The position numbers and the translations under genes were made by a program. From assembly GCA_041658645.1 (NCBI GenBank), contig JBAZZV010000006.1, positions 19,486-83,485 of the forward strand: a DNA stretch of 64,000 bases, given 5' to 3'. Positions 48,407 to 58,790 of this stretch are shown piece by piece (positions within the stretch are counted from its first letter, which is position 1; each line of letters opens with the position of its first letter). The notes under the pieces were generated by a model. The model saw nothing but the letters and a program-made list of their open reading frames with translations. It made no database searches and was not told the DNA's origin. Source of the DNA: Candidatus Margulisiibacteriota bacterium (GTDB lineage Bacteria; Margulisbacteria; WOR-1; O2-12-FULL-45-9; XYB2-FULL-48-7).

Positions 48407-50503
48407 CTACAACCCTTTACTTTTTCTTAGCGCCGCCGCTGGGTCAGCTGGATTATTAACCGCAAAGCGCCAGGCATCAGACGGGGTAACTCCCTGATCT
48501 TGGTATTTAGCTGCCAGGTCTGCCGCCACTTTGAGTGCTTTCTTCAGCGCCGCTTCGGTATCTTTATACCCACCCGCAAAGTGCCAGGCATCGGACGGGG
48601 TAACTCCCTGATCTTGGTATTTATTCGCCAGGTCTGCCGCAACCTTTAGCGCTTTCTTTAGCGCGGCTTCGGCATCTTTATACTCAACCGCAAAGTACCA
48701 GGCATCGGACAGGGTAACTCCCTGATCTTGGAATTTATTCGCCAGGTCCGCCGCAACCTTTAGCGCTTTGGTTAGTGCTGTCTCTGGCTTGTCTGGATTA
48801 TAAACCGCAAAGTACCAGACATCAGACTTGGTAACTCCCTCAGATTCGTACTTTTTCGCTAGTTCAGTCGCTACCTTGAGCGCTTTCTTTAGCCCTCTTT
48901 CTGGATCGGTTGGATTTCTAACCGCAAAGCGCCAGGCATCGAACGGGGTAACTCCCTCAGATTCGTACTTTTTCGCTAGTTCAGTCGCTACCTTGAGTGC
49001 TTTCTTCAGCGCCGCTTCGGCATCTTTATACCCAACCGCAAAGTGCCAGGCATCGGACGGGGTAACTCCCTGATCTTGGTATTTATTCGCCAGGTCTGCC
49101 GCAACCTTTAGCGCTTTGGTTAATGCTATCTCTGGCTTGTCTGAATTTCCAACTGCAAAGCGCCAGACATCAGCCTGGGTAACTCCCTGATCTTGGTATT
49201 TATTCGCCAGGTCTGCCGCAACCTTTAGCGCCTTGGTTAGTGCTGTCTCTGGCTTGTCTGGATTATAAACCGCAAAGTACCTGGCATCGGATGGGGTAAC
49301 TCCCTGATCTTGGTATTTATTCGCCAGGTCTGCCGCAACCTTTAGCGCTTTGGTTAGTGCTGTCTCTGGCTTGTTTGGATTATAAACCGCAAAGTACCTG
49401 GCATCGGATGGGGTAACTCCCTGATCTTGGTATTTATTCGCTAGTTCAGTCGCTACCTTGAGCGCTTTCTTCAGTGCCGCTTCTGGATCGGCTGGATTAC
49501 TAACCGCAAAGCGCCAGGCATCAGACCGGGGAACCCCCTCAGCCTGATATTTATTCACCAAGTCAGTCGCTGCTTTGAGCGCTTTCTTCAGTGCCGCTTC
49601 TGGATCGGCTGGATTACTAACCGCAAAGCGCCAGGCATCAGACCGGGGAACCCCTTGAGCTTGATATTTATTGAAGAGATAATCAATATAACCAGCTGGC
49701 ATTAGTCTTTTTACCATTGTTGGAATTTGTTTAGGGGAAAATTTAGCAGTTAGATATTCTTCCACGGTTTTCATCAGCATAAGGGTTAGCCTTTCCGCGC
49801 CAACTTCCCTGGAACGGATTAAGAGCTGGTCGGCATCACTGGGTAAAAGCATCCCCCAGGCAACCAGGCGGCTTAATTTGGCCTCGTTACTCCTGACCAA
49901 TGCTTCAGCCGCCAAGGGAATAGTAGTTCCTGATTCGATATCAGGCAGAGAAAAACCGCTGAAATGCCAATGCCTCGTTATCTCCCCGGATAAATATTCA
50001 AAATAATTTATTTCTATTTGAGACAATGAACCGCATCTGCCTCGAGGAAGTTCCGTTGGCTGAAAAGAATAATCAGGAGTAGTAAAAGGATATTCTGTCG
50101 GCTGAAGCGGCCCCTCTTTTTGAATGATCGGTTGCGAGTATGCCGGCGCCACCTTAGTAATAGGAGAAGCGTCAACGATCTCCAATCCTTTCACTTGAGC
50201 AACTACATTTTGCTGGCCGTTGAATTCGCTTATGATCATCTCCCTGATCGGTTTGTGTGGCGAATTCGCGGCAATAAGAAACTCAAGGTTTCTTCCCCCA
50301 ACCTGGCCGATAGCCAAGACAACAACTGTCGGAGTTTTTTTCAAGCAGTCAATCGCCATTGCGGTTATTGTTCCATTGGTGTTCAAGCCGTTGAAATGAT
50401 GGCCTGGAAAAGTGAATTGACGGTAAGCCTGGAGCAAGCTCACGGTTTTCGCAGAAACCTTCCCGGCGCATGGGAATACACCTATTTTATTGATCGCAAC
50501 CAT
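48407..50503 (-). CDS. Repeat protein: ~330-aa N-terminal domain plus ~11 tandem 38-aa helical repeats
   Basis: Repeat unit ...GVTPSDAWRFAV.NPDKPEAALTKALKVAADLANKYQDQ... Confidence 0.55.
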   Translation of the reverse strand: MVAINKIGVFPCAGKVSAKTVSLLQAYRQFTFPGHHFNGLNTNGTITAMAIDCLKKTPTVVVLAIGQVGGRNLEFLIAANSPHKPIREMIISEFNGQQNVVAQVKGLEIVDASPITKVAPAYSQPIIQKEGPLQPTEYPFTTPDYSFQPTELPRGRCGSLSQIEINYFEYLSGEITRHWHFSGFSLPDIESGTTIPLAAEALVRSNEAKLSRLVAWGMLLPSDADQLLIRSREVGAERLTLMLMKTVEEYLTAKFSPKQIPTMVKRLMPAGYIDYLFNKYQAQGVPRSDAWRFAVSNPADPEAALKKALKAATDLVNKYQAEGVPRSDAWRFAVSNPADPEAALKKALKVATELANKYQDQGVTPSDARYFAVYNPNKPETALTKALKVAADLANKYQDQGVTPSDARYFAVYNPDKPETALTKALKVAADLANKYQDQGVTQADVWRFAVGNSDKPEIALTKALKVAADLANKYQDQGVTPSDAWHFAVGYKDAEAALKKALKVATELAKKYESEGVTPFDAWRFAVRNPTDPERGLKKALKVATELAKKYESEGVTKSDVWYFAVYNPDKPETALTKALKVAADLANKFQDQGVTLSDAWYFAVEYKDAEAALKKALKVAADLANKYQDQGVTPSDAWHFAGGYKDTEAALKKALKVAADLAAKYQDQGVTPSDAWRFAVNNPADPAAALRKSKGL
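48446..49680. repeat. Tandem array of ~11 near-identical 114-bp units (in-frame, coding)
   Basis: Period 114 nt, unit begins ccgcaaagtRccaggcatcRgac... Confidence 0.8.
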
Positions 50504-50654
50504 TACTAATATATATCGCCTAAAAAAGAGAGAAATTTCAAAATTTGTGGAAATAGAGCCGATGAAAAAATCGTTTTCTGAAGCCTGAAAATGACATTCT
50601 CGGTTCCTCGCCGTTTGGAAACCGCGACGTTTAGTCGCCGGTTTCCAAAATATA

Positions 50655-52193
50655 TCATTTTTTTATAAACACTTTTTCAAGATGGAGGAACATCCCGGCC
50701 GGACCGGGCTTGGACAACCCGCCGACCCGGGTGTTAACGCCGGAAACCGACTTCGGATACCAGAGAAAAATATACGGCTGGTCGTCAGCGATCAGTTTCC
50801 AGATCCGGGCATAGATCCGCTTCCGCCCACCCCGGTCGATCGTCGTCCTCCCCTCCTCCAAAAGCCGGTCAACCTCGGGGTTCTTATATTTGACGAAGTT
50901 AAACCCTTTGGGATACTGGCTCGAATGCCAAATCGAATAAGCGTCGGGATCAAGGCCGAGCGACCACCCCATGATCAGTGCCTCAAAATCTTTCGGGTCT
51001 TTCGGCGCGTTAACTATTTTGAGAATAGAGGACCATTCCATCACCCGAACCTTAACTTTGACCCCCACCTTCTTATACTGCTGCTGGAGGATGACGGCCG
51101 CCTTTTCCCGCTCTTTGTTCCCCTGGTTGACCAGGATGGTGAATTCGAGGTTCTCCGCTCCCGCCTCTTTCAATAATTGCCGCGCTTTATCTTGGTTGTA
51201 CGGATATTTAGCTACCTCGCCGGAGTAAGCCCAGGAGATCGGCGCGGAAGGGGCATAAGCTGGTGTCGCTAGACCCCGAAAGATCAGGCCGACGAGTTGT
51301 TTCCGGTCTGTAGCGTAAGCCAGCGCCTGCCCGACCCTCCGGTCGGTAAATTTAGGATTGGCCAGGTTCAACCCGAGATAGACATAGAGCAAAACATCGG
51401 ACTCGTAAACGCCTATCCCTTTGACGCTCTTCATTCTGGTGTAATCTTTTGGCGGGATCCCCGCCTCATCGATCTCCCCCGCCTCCAGGGCGACCAGGGC
51501 GGTGTTATCATCCGGGATAATCTTATAAACGATCTGTTTAAGCAAAGGTTTCCCCAGGTAATAATCGGGATTGCGGCGGACGGTAATGTGGTCGCCGGTC
51601 TGCCACTCCTGGAAGATAAAGGGTCCGGTCCCGACCGGCCGGCGGTTGAACTTGGCCGTGTTGATATCCTCACCTTGCAGCAGATGTTTAGGGATAACGC
51701 TCATCGCCGCGTGGGTCAGGAAAGGGGCGAACGGCTTAGGCAGAACAGCCTGCACGGTATACTTGTTAACCGCCCGGAAAACGATCGGCCGACCGTCAAT
51801 AATATAATCGCTCCGGCGGACCGAATTCACTTTGGGGTTGAGGATCGAGTTGAAAGTAAAGACCACGTCATCGGCCGTGAACGGGACGCCATCGTGCCAG
51901 AGAACATCGCGGCGTAATTTGAAAGTCCAGGTCCGGCCATCGCGGGAAACCTGCCAGCTGGCCGCCAGGTCGGGAACGGGTTCAAGATTCTCGTTGAAGC
52001 TGATCAGCCCGGAAAAAATAGCGCTTTCCACCGCGGAGGAGACATTGTCGGTCGAAAGAATCGGATTTAAAAGAGAAACTTCGCCACCTAAACTGAATTT
52101 AAGTCCCCCGTCGGGGTCAACCTGCCCGGCCAGGGCGGCCGTCACCAACAGACAACTACATATTAGACAGTTCTTGAAGTTGCGCCATTCCAT
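50655..52193 (-). CDS. ABC transporter substrate-binding protein, family 5 (DppA/OppA-like)
   Basis: 512 aa, signal peptide, SBP_bac_5 architecture. Confidence 0.8.
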   Translation of the reverse strand: MEWRNFKNCLICSCLLVTAALAGQVDPDGGLKFSLGGEVSLLNPILSTDNVSSAVESAIFSGLISFNENLEPVPDLAASWQVSRDGRTWTFKLRRDVLWHDGVPFTADDVVFTFNSILNPKVNSVRRSDYIIDGRPIVFRAVNKYTVQAVLPKPFAPFLTHAAMSVIPKHLLQGEDINTAKFNRRPVGTGPFIFQEWQTGDHITVRRNPDYYLGKPLLKQIVYKIIPDDNTALVALEAGEIDEAGIPPKDYTRMKSVKGIGVYESDVLLYVYLGLNLANPKFTDRRVGQALAYATDRKQLVGLIFRGLATPAYAPSAPISWAYSGEVAKYPYNQDKARQLLKEAGAENLEFTILVNQGNKEREKAAVILQQQYKKVGVKVKVRVMEWSSILKIVNAPKDPKDFEALIMGWSLGLDPDAYSIWHSSQYPKGFNFVKYKNPEVDRLLEEGRTTIDRGGRKRIYARIWKLIADDQPYIFLWYPKSVSGVNTRVGGLSKPGPAGMFLHLEKVFIKK

Positions 52194-52572
52194 TCCGTTT
52201 GTATCCTGTCAGCGTATATTTGCCGCTCGGATCATCGTAACTGTAAACGATCCGGCCGGCCGTGTCTGAATCGGAGTACTCCTTACCGGTGAACGGGTTT
52301 TTCGGAATACCGGCAACATATCCGCCGGCCATCAGATAGTCGCGGCAGAGCGAAGCCAGGGTAATGTTCTTGGCCATGGGATAAACATCATTCTCCATCT
52401 GGTAAGCTTCTACCGCCAGCTGGACGGTATGCATGACCCCCCGGACGGCCGCTTCCTTACCCCGGTCGCGCGCTCCCAACAAATTAGGGACCAGGAAAAC
52501 CGAGAGCAAACCGATTATCCCGATAACGACCAGGACCTCAATTAACGTAAAACCTTTTTTCATACTAACCAT
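52156..52572 (-). CDS. Type II secretion/type IV pilus pseudopilin (GspG/PulG-like prepilin)
   Basis: KKGFTLIEVLVVIGIIGLL prepilin N-terminal motif. Confidence 0.75.
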   Translation of the reverse strand: MVSMKKGFTLIEVLVVIGIIGLLSVFLVPNLLGARDRGKEAAVRGVMHTVQLAVEAYQMENDVYPMAKNITLASLCRDYLMAGGYVAGIPKNPFTGKEYSDSDTAGRIVYSYDDPSGKYTLTGYKRNGMAQLQELSNM

Positions 52573-52605
52573 CTCCTTATATTATAGGGTTTAGACAATA
52601 AAACT

Positions 52606-53625
52606 TCAATTCAAAGCTGAAATCATGTTCATCAGCGGGAGAAAAATCCCCATGACAACCAAGCCGACAAAGAGGCCGACCGAGAGGGTCATGACCGGCT
52701 CGATCAGAGCGGTCAATCTTTTAAGGCTCATCTCCCTCTCCCGCGCCTGGTAATGAGAAACGCTCAAGAACATTTCGGCCAGCCGGCCGGAATTTTCGCC
52801 GACCTTAAGCATGTCGGTCATCTCGGGCGGGAAGAATTGGCCGGCCGCCAGAACTGACGATAATTTTTCCCCGTTGATCACCTTATCGCGCGCCGCCAGA
52901 ATGGTCGAACGGAAAGCTCTCCCGCGGGAGGTCTCGGCCGCCACCTGCAACGCTTTATCGATCGGTGTCCCGGTGTTGAGCAAAGCGCCGATCGTCCCTA
53001 ACCCCTGGATGATCTCCTCTTGTTTCATAATACTTCCGACGAACGGCAAACGGCTGGCGACATCAGCTTTTCTGCGCCAAACAACCAAGCTCGCCAGCAA
53101 ACCGCCGATGATCAGGATCGGGAACAATTGCGCGAACAGATCAGCTGAACCAAGAATTATCCGGGTGATCAGAGGCAATTCACCGCCGATATCGGCAAAC
53201 ACGCCGCTCAACCCGGGAAGAACAAAGACGGCCAGGCCGATGAGACAAACGAGGCTTAAACAGAATATAAAAGCGGGATAAACGAGGGCGCTGATCAGTT
53301 TTTCTTCGATCTCCGCCCGCTCTTCGTAATATTTGGCGAGCTGGCCGAGGGCATCCTCAAGGCTCCCATTACTCTCTCCCACTTTTATTGAACTGGCGGC
53401 CAAAATTGGCAAATAGTTGACGAGCGCTTCACTTAACATCAGCCCGTTGTTTAACTTCTCGATTACCTCCGGCATCATGTTGTAAAACTTTTTTTTACCT
53501 GCTTTACTTGCAATTGATAAAGCTGAGAGTAAGGGAACGCCGGAGGAGAGGAGCATCTTAAGTTGCGAACAGAAGTAAGCCGTCTGACGCTTATTAAGCG
53601 TCCGCTTAGAAGACATCTTCATCAC
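52606..53625 (-). CDS. Type II secretion system F / PilC-family platform protein (short)
   Basis: GspF-like duplicated domain, 339 aa. Confidence 0.7.
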   Translation of the reverse strand: MMKMSSKRTLNKRQTAYFCSQLKMLLSSGVPLLSALSIASKAGKKKFYNMMPEVIEKLNNGLMLSEALVNYLPILAASSIKVGESNGSLEDALGQLAKYYEERAEIEEKLISALVYPAFIFCLSLVCLIGLAVFVLPGLSGVFADIGGELPLITRIILGSADLFAQLFPILIIGGLLASLVVWRRKADVASRLPFVGSIMKQEEIIQGLGTIGALLNTGTPIDKALQVAAETSRGRAFRSTILAARDKVINGEKLSSVLAAGQFFPPEMTDMLKVGENSGRLAEMFLSVSHYQAREREMSLKRLTALIEPVMTLSVGLFVGLVVMGIFLPLMNMISALN

Positions 53626-54005
53626 TTAGGCCTAAATCCCTTTAATATTCGCTTGTAAATTAGTTCTCTTCTAGAGAAATTAACCAATAAGCCTAGCTCA
53701 AGGTCAGCTTCTCTCAAATATTTTAATACTTGAATAACATTATTTCGTGAAAACCTTGGCGTGGCTTTTATTTCAAGGACAATCTTGTTGTCTACGAGAA
53801 AATCAGCATATTGATTACCAATCAATCCGTTTCTTAATATCTCTATTTTCTGTTGTTCGCGGTAATTAATAGCCTGTCTGGTAAATTCCTTGGCGATCGA
53901 TCGTTGATAATGCTTTTCAGCTAGGTTAGGCCCAAGTTCATTATGGACCTTAAAAAGAACTCCGATTATCTTATAGCTTAGTTCTGGATAAACAAGATTT
54001 GCCAC
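53622..54005 (-). CDS. GxxExxY-family protein
   Basis: GLIGNQYADFLVDNKIVLEIKA (GxxExxY-like), 127 aa. Confidence 0.6.
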   Translation of the reverse strand: MANLVYPELSYKIIGVLFKVHNELGPNLAEKHYQRSIAKEFTRQAINYREQQKIEILRNGLIGNQYADFLVDNKIVLEIKATPRFSRNNVIQVLKYLREADLELGLLVNFSRRELIYKRILKGFRPK

Positions 54006-54164
54006 TTGATCAACTCCGCTTGGCTTAGAGCAATCTTATTACCAGGTACAACACGAATGCACTAATGATGGCCCGAATGCTCTAATATTTGCTGTCTTAT
54101 TAGGATATTAGGACCCATATTCGTGTATTCGGGTTGTATATGTCTATCGACGAAATCTCGCCAC

Positions 54165-55643
54165 CTACTGTTGGATCCGGGGAAAAAGAACGTCACCCTT
54201 ATTGACCTTGGTTCCGTCGGGGTTAAGCTGAACGATGATCCTGGCAGCGGTCTCGGGCATGAAGGGGGTAATTAACCCGGCCACGGTCTTCAGGACCTCG
54301 TAAAGATTGGCCATGACGATGGCCAGCTGTTCCTTCTCCCCTTTCTTCGCCAACGACCAGGGGGCCTGTTTCTCAATATAAACGTTGGCCGCAGTGATCA
54401 AAGCCCAGACCACCCCCAGAGCGTCAGAGAAAGCCAATTCATCCATAGCCTGGGTGAAAGCCGCCGGCGTCTTCTTCAGCAGAGCAATTAAATCATCTTC
54501 TTGCCCCTGGACCCTAGGGACTATCCCATCAAAGTATTTCTCGATCATAGTCAGGGTCCGGCTTAAAAGGTTCCCCAGATCGTTGGCCAGATCGGTGTTG
54601 TAGCGATTAATGAAGAGCTTCTGGGAAAAATCGCCGTCAACCCCGAACGGCACTTCACGTAAGATGAAATAACGGACCACATCAACCCCATACTGTTTAG
54701 CTAAAGCTATCGGGTCAACGACATTCCCCTTCGACTTGCTCATCTTCTCCCCCTCGACCGTCCACCAGCCGTGCCCAAAAACCTTCTCCGGCAGGGGGAG
54801 CGAAAGAGCCATTAGGATCGCCGGCCAGATGACCGCATGGAAACGGACGATCTCCTTCCCCATCAGGTGGACCTGCGCGGGCCACCATTTGTTGAACTTG
54901 GCGTCATCCTGCAAGTAACCGATGGCGGAAATATAGTTGATCAGGGCGTCAAACCAGACATAAACGACATGCTGGGGATCGTCCGGAACACTGACCCCCC
55001 AGGGGAAAGCGGTCCGGGTCACCGAAAGGTCTTTCAACCCCTGCTTGATGAACTGGGTGATCTCGTTGCGGCGTGAGGCCGGCTGGATAAAACCGGGGTG
55101 GTCCTCAATGTATTTCAGTAAACGGTGCTGGTAGCCCGAGAGCTTAAAGAAATAGGAGTCTTCCTTGAGAAGATCGGTCGGGCGGCCGCAATCGGGGCAA
55201 AGCTTGCGCCCTTCCATATCCTCTTTCAATTCCCCTTCAGCCCAATAGGTCTCACAGGTCACGCAATACCACCCCTGGTATTGGCCCTTATAAATATCCC
55301 CTTGCTTCCGCAAACGGCTAAAGATCTTCTGGACGCACTCTTCATGCCGCGGTTCGGTGGTGCGGATAAAATCGTCGTATTTGACGTTCAACACTTGCCA
55401 GGCGGACTTGAACCGTTCGACGATCTCGTCGACGAAGGCCTGCGGCTGCTTCCCCTGCCCCTCCGCCGCTTTCCAGACCTTCTGCCCGTGCTCGTCTGTC
55501 CCGGTCAGGAAGTGGACCTCAAACCCCTTCGATCGCTTATAACGAGCCAAAACATCAGCCGCGATCGTCGTATACGCATGGCCGATGTGAGGGATATCGT
55601 TCACGTAGTATAGCGGCGTGGTCAGATAGAACTTTTGCGCCAT
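54165..55643 (-). CDS. metG: Methionyl-tRNA synthetase (short form without C-terminal tRNA-binding domain)
   Basis: Start MAQKFYLTTPLYYVNDIPHIGHAYT (HIGH), KMSKS; six-frame ORF extends to 55727 but MAQKF is the conserved N-terminus. Confidence 0.85.
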   Translation of the reverse strand: MAQKFYLTTPLYYVNDIPHIGHAYTTIAADVLARYKRSKGFEVHFLTGTDEHGQKVWKAAEGQGKQPQAFVDEIVERFKSAWQVLNVKYDDFIRTTEPRHEECVQKIFSRLRKQGDIYKGQYQGWYCVTCETYWAEGELKEDMEGRKLCPDCGRPTDLLKEDSYFFKLSGYQHRLLKYIEDHPGFIQPASRRNEITQFIKQGLKDLSVTRTAFPWGVSVPDDPQHVVYVWFDALINYISAIGYLQDDAKFNKWWPAQVHLMGKEIVRFHAVIWPAILMALSLPLPEKVFGHGWWTVEGEKMSKSKGNVVDPIALAKQYGVDVVRYFILREVPFGVDGDFSQKLFINRYNTDLANDLGNLLSRTLTMIEKYFDGIVPRVQGQEDDLIALLKKTPAAFTQAMDELAFSDALGVVWALITAANVYIEKQAPWSLAKKGEKEQLAIVMANLYEVLKTVAGLITPFMPETAARIIVQLNPDGTKVNKGDVLFPRIQQ

Positions 55644-55665
55644 ATGTGAATTATACAGATAATAA

Positions 55666-57519
55666 TTGAAATTTTCAAAAAAGGAGCCCGATAAGCAGTA
55701 TATGGCCATCGAAAAAGCCGCAACCATAATGGATAGAACACGTAATTTATTGGCGCGTCCGTTAAGTAAAGCGGTCTTAGCCCTCGGCCTTGCCTCTTCA
55801 GCCCTGATCCCCTCTCATCAAACAGTCAGGCAAGCCCCGACCGCTAGTTTTTTTGACCCCAGCATAAAATTGCCCGATGCGATCAAAAACATTAAACGGT
55901 TAACACAGGAAATTGCTGAAAGCTATCCCAACCAAAACCTGGGACACTTGAGGCCGATTTTTGACAATCTTTCGATTTATGCGGAAAAATATTCGGTTCC
56001 CTGGCTGAAACAGCTCTACGATAATAAAAGAGAAATCCTTCGGCTGCTGGATAACGCGAAAAGGATCGCCGATCATGAGCCGGCCGCGCGGCAAGAGCTG
56101 AATAAAGAAGAAACAGACGACCTGCGGGCAATTTTATCGGCCAGAACTCTATTTGACCTTTTGGACCATTTTGTCCCCCAGACAAGCAGAACGGTTACGG
56201 TTACCCCTCCGGGCAATTTACCTCCGTTCGAAATCCAGCTGACTCCCGACCGGAGCGCCAGGACCATGTATAAAATGATCACCTCATCTCCACGGTTGCA
56301 AGCCAACACTCATTCGTCCAGCGGCACCCATGAGGAATTAAACGCAGGCAGCGGAAAAATGGAGCAATGGGTTGCCGGCAAGATCTGCGACAGCTCGCCT
56401 GCCTCTTATGACAAAACTTACGCCCAATTTTATATCGATGCGCTCGGAATAAACAGGTCGCTGCCGTTGCCCGAACTGGATCGGCTGATCGCCGAACTGG
56501 AAGCAAAATTCAAGGGTCAGGTAGCCAATCCGGCCAGGATCTGGATCAGCGATTTGGAACCGGCAAAAGAAAGCAATACCTGGGCGCTCAACTCCAATTT
56601 CGCTTTTAGATATGTTGACTTAAAACTTCATGCCGACGCGTTCCGCCTGATAAAAACACATCAATTCGCCTTCAATGAGGCGGCCCGAAAATTACATGAC
56701 TCCCATCCAGACATTTCCTCTGAACTATTTAGAAGCTTTTTGATGGCCCATTCACTGATCACGCATACCTGGCTGCGCTGGGACGATGTCTGGCAAGACG
56801 CAGGAGCAGCTTCAGCCTTCGGCACGGCGGCACAAGCGTTAAACTTTGGGGGAACATATAGCGCTTATAAAAAACAAGGTTACGCTTTTGGTATCACATT
56901 TAAACAAGGGGACACGATGTATGATTGCCCGTGGGGATTGGCTTCTCTAATGAAACTCCCCGTCCCCTTCCAAAGCCTGGGACATAACACCGTCATGGCG
57001 GGCGATCTATTGATCGCCGGAGAACGCGACGGCGGCCAGCTCTGGCATAAATATTTTCCCGAGTTCGAAATGACCGAAGAGAACGCAATCAGGATCGCCC
57101 TCGATCCGGTCAACTCACTTTACGCCGTGGCTCTTGTCTGCGATGCAAAATTAGATGATTTAAACAAAACCGTTTTCAGCAACCCGAACGTCGGCCTGCC
57201 GAGCGACGTTTATCCGTATATAAAAAATCCTGAGGACGCCAGGCGCTATCTGATGATCGAGCTGATGGGCCATTTGCGGGCTTTCCCCGAAGTGGGGATA
57301 AACTTTCCGAACGCTTTCCCTTTCAATATAGACTCCTGGAATCTCGGGCTGGGCGCTTCTTATAATTTATTGATCAGCCGAATACTGGGCGAAAACAGCG
57401 CCCTGCCCTATTTAAAAGGGAGCTTTGTGGTAGATTCAGGCGAGAAGTTAGACGCTTTTCACCACAGAAAACCAGAAAAATTCCCGGCGATAATGTGGAC
57501 GTTGACGCGCAATGATTGA
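55666..57519 (+). CDS. Large hypothetical protein, possibly secreted
   Basis: 617-aa ORF; hydrophobic segment AVLALGLASSALIP near N-terminus; no known domain. Confidence 0.4.
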   Translation: MKFSKKEPDKQYMAIEKAATIMDRTRNLLARPLSKAVLALGLASSALIPSHQTVRQAPTASFFDPSIKLPDAIKNIKRLTQEIAESYPNQNLGHLRPIFDNLSIYAEKYSVPWLKQLYDNKREILRLLDNAKRIADHEPAARQELNKEETDDLRAILSARTLFDLLDHFVPQTSRTVTVTPPGNLPPFEIQLTPDRSARTMYKMITSSPRLQANTHSSSGTHEELNAGSGKMEQWVAGKICDSSPASYDKTYAQFYIDALGINRSLPLPELDRLIAELEAKFKGQVANPARIWISDLEPAKESNTWALNSNFAFRYVDLKLHADAFRLIKTHQFAFNEAARKLHDSHPDISSELFRSFLMAHSLITHTWLRWDDVWQDAGAASAFGTAAQALNFGGTYSAYKKQGYAFGITFKQGDTMYDCPWGLASLMKLPVPFQSLGHNTVMAGDLLIAGERDGGQLWHKYFPEFEMTEENAIRIALDPVNSLYAVALVCDAKLDDLNKTVFSNPNVGLPSDVYPYIKNPEDARRYLMIELMGHLRAFPEVGINFPNAFPFNIDSWNLGLGASYNLLISRILGENSALPYLKGSFVVDSGEKLDAFHHRKPEKFPAIMWTLTRND

Positions 57520-57550
57520 TCGCGGATTCGGGAAACAGTCAACAGCGAAA

Positions 57551-58786
57551 CTAATCTTTGATCGGGAACAAGATCCTTATCGCCGTGACGTTTGACAGCG
57601 CTGTATTCGCCCAGGCGGGAACATCTCCGGTCAGGTCATAGTCGTCAAATTCCTCCGCCGGCATCGGCTGCCAATTATCTTTCCCTTTCAATTTAACCTC
57701 GACCAGGAAACGGCCTAACAATTTATTTTCCCAGTCGTCAGCCAGCAGATCGTTCTCACCGTAGACCGGGCGGAGGAAATATTTAAATAATGGGGCTGTT
57801 CCTTCGAGCGACGCCCCGCCGACCTCCGCCGGGCCGACGACCAGCCACTGGGTCAGCTCCCGGACCGACTTCATCGTCTGCCCGTGGAGAGAGGGAACGA
57901 TCTGAAAGCCGCCGATCTTCCCCAGGCGCGAAGTACAAACATCGATCACCCCGGGATGGTTGGCCCGGAGCCGGCCGACCGAGGCGTACTTGGTCCCGTC
58001 AAAGCGCCCGACCCCAATGACCGGGCGAAGGACCTCGCCGATCACTTTTTCCCCGCCGGCAAAATAATTCACGGTCACTTTACCGCCGAACTTGTTCTCA
58101 AAAATGATCTCTTTGGGTTGATCGGCCGCCCGCTCGACCATAATATAGAGCTTGTCGTTCAGTTGAGGGACATAGCCTACCGGCAGCGGCACGATGGCAT
58201 AACCGGGACGCGACAACATAACCCGGTTCCCCACGAACGGCGAGTATTCCCCGCCAAAGATCGACTCCCCGGCCGGGATATCGGTATAGAGCGAGGAATC
58301 GGAGCTTAAGTAAGAGCGATATCGGGACTGGGTCTTGAGGAATTCCCTGGGGAGGAGGCTGAAGATGACACCAGAACCGGTCGCCGCGCCAAGCGCGGTC
58401 TTGATGTGGATAGCATTGACCGCGGTGGCCGCTATCCGCCCATCGCCAACCCAGCGTGAAGCGGCATACCCTTCGGGATTAGTTTTAATTGTCGGATAAA
58501 CCACTTTACCCAGTTGAACGTAACTTTTCCCGCCGTCGGCGCTGACCTCGACCGTCCCCCCCGCCTGGTTCCAGATCTTAATCCGGTACTGCTCCTTGAA
58601 AATAGGGGTATTCTCGTGGTCCAACGGAGAGAGCGCGAAAGCCGGAGCAGTAACATCCAACATCAAACATCCAACCTCAAAACAAATGGCAACGATCAAA
58701 CAACAAATACCAAAATATTTGGTTATTGGAAATTGATATTTGATATTTGTTTTGAAGTTGGAAGTTGGAAGTTTGAAGTTCTTCAA
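57551..58786 (-). CDS. Hypothetical protein (start uncertain; 5' region coincides with a family-2 repeat)
   Basis: 411-aa ORF; possible starts at TTG 58786, or ATG of MLDV... Confidence 0.4.
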   Translation of the reverse strand: MKNFKLPTSNFKTNIKYQFPITKYFGICCLIVAICFEVGCLMLDVTAPAFALSPLDHENTPIFKEQYRIKIWNQAGGTVEVSADGGKSYVQLGKVVYPTIKTNPEGYAASRWVGDGRIAATAVNAIHIKTALGAATGSGVIFSLLPREFLKTQSRYRSYLSSDSSLYTDIPAGESIFGGEYSPFVGNRVMLSRPGYAIVPLPVGYVPQLNDKLYIMVERAADQPKEIIFENKFGGKVTVNYFAGGEKVIGEVLRPVIGVGRFDGTKYASVGRLRANHPGVIDVCTSRLGKIGGFQIVPSLHGQTMKSVRELTQWLVVGPAEVGGASLEGTAPLFKYFLRPVYGENDLLADDWENKLLGRFLVEVKLKGKDNWQPMPAEEFDDYDLTGDVPAWANTALSNVTAIRILFPIKD

Positions 58787-58790
58787 GACC
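58655..58790. repeat. Family-2 repeat, full palindromic copy (two inverted arms around ccaaaatattttgg)
   Basis: Left arm catccaacatcaaacatccaacctcaaaacaaat; right arm atttgttttgaagttggaagttggaagtttgaag. Confidence 0.6.

Noticed and set aside
55643-55727. N-terminal extension MVAAFSMAIYCLSG... of the metG ORF
   Set aside because: The conserved MetRS N-terminus begins at MAQKFYLTTP. The extension would overlap the divergent gene's upstream region and lacks an RBS.
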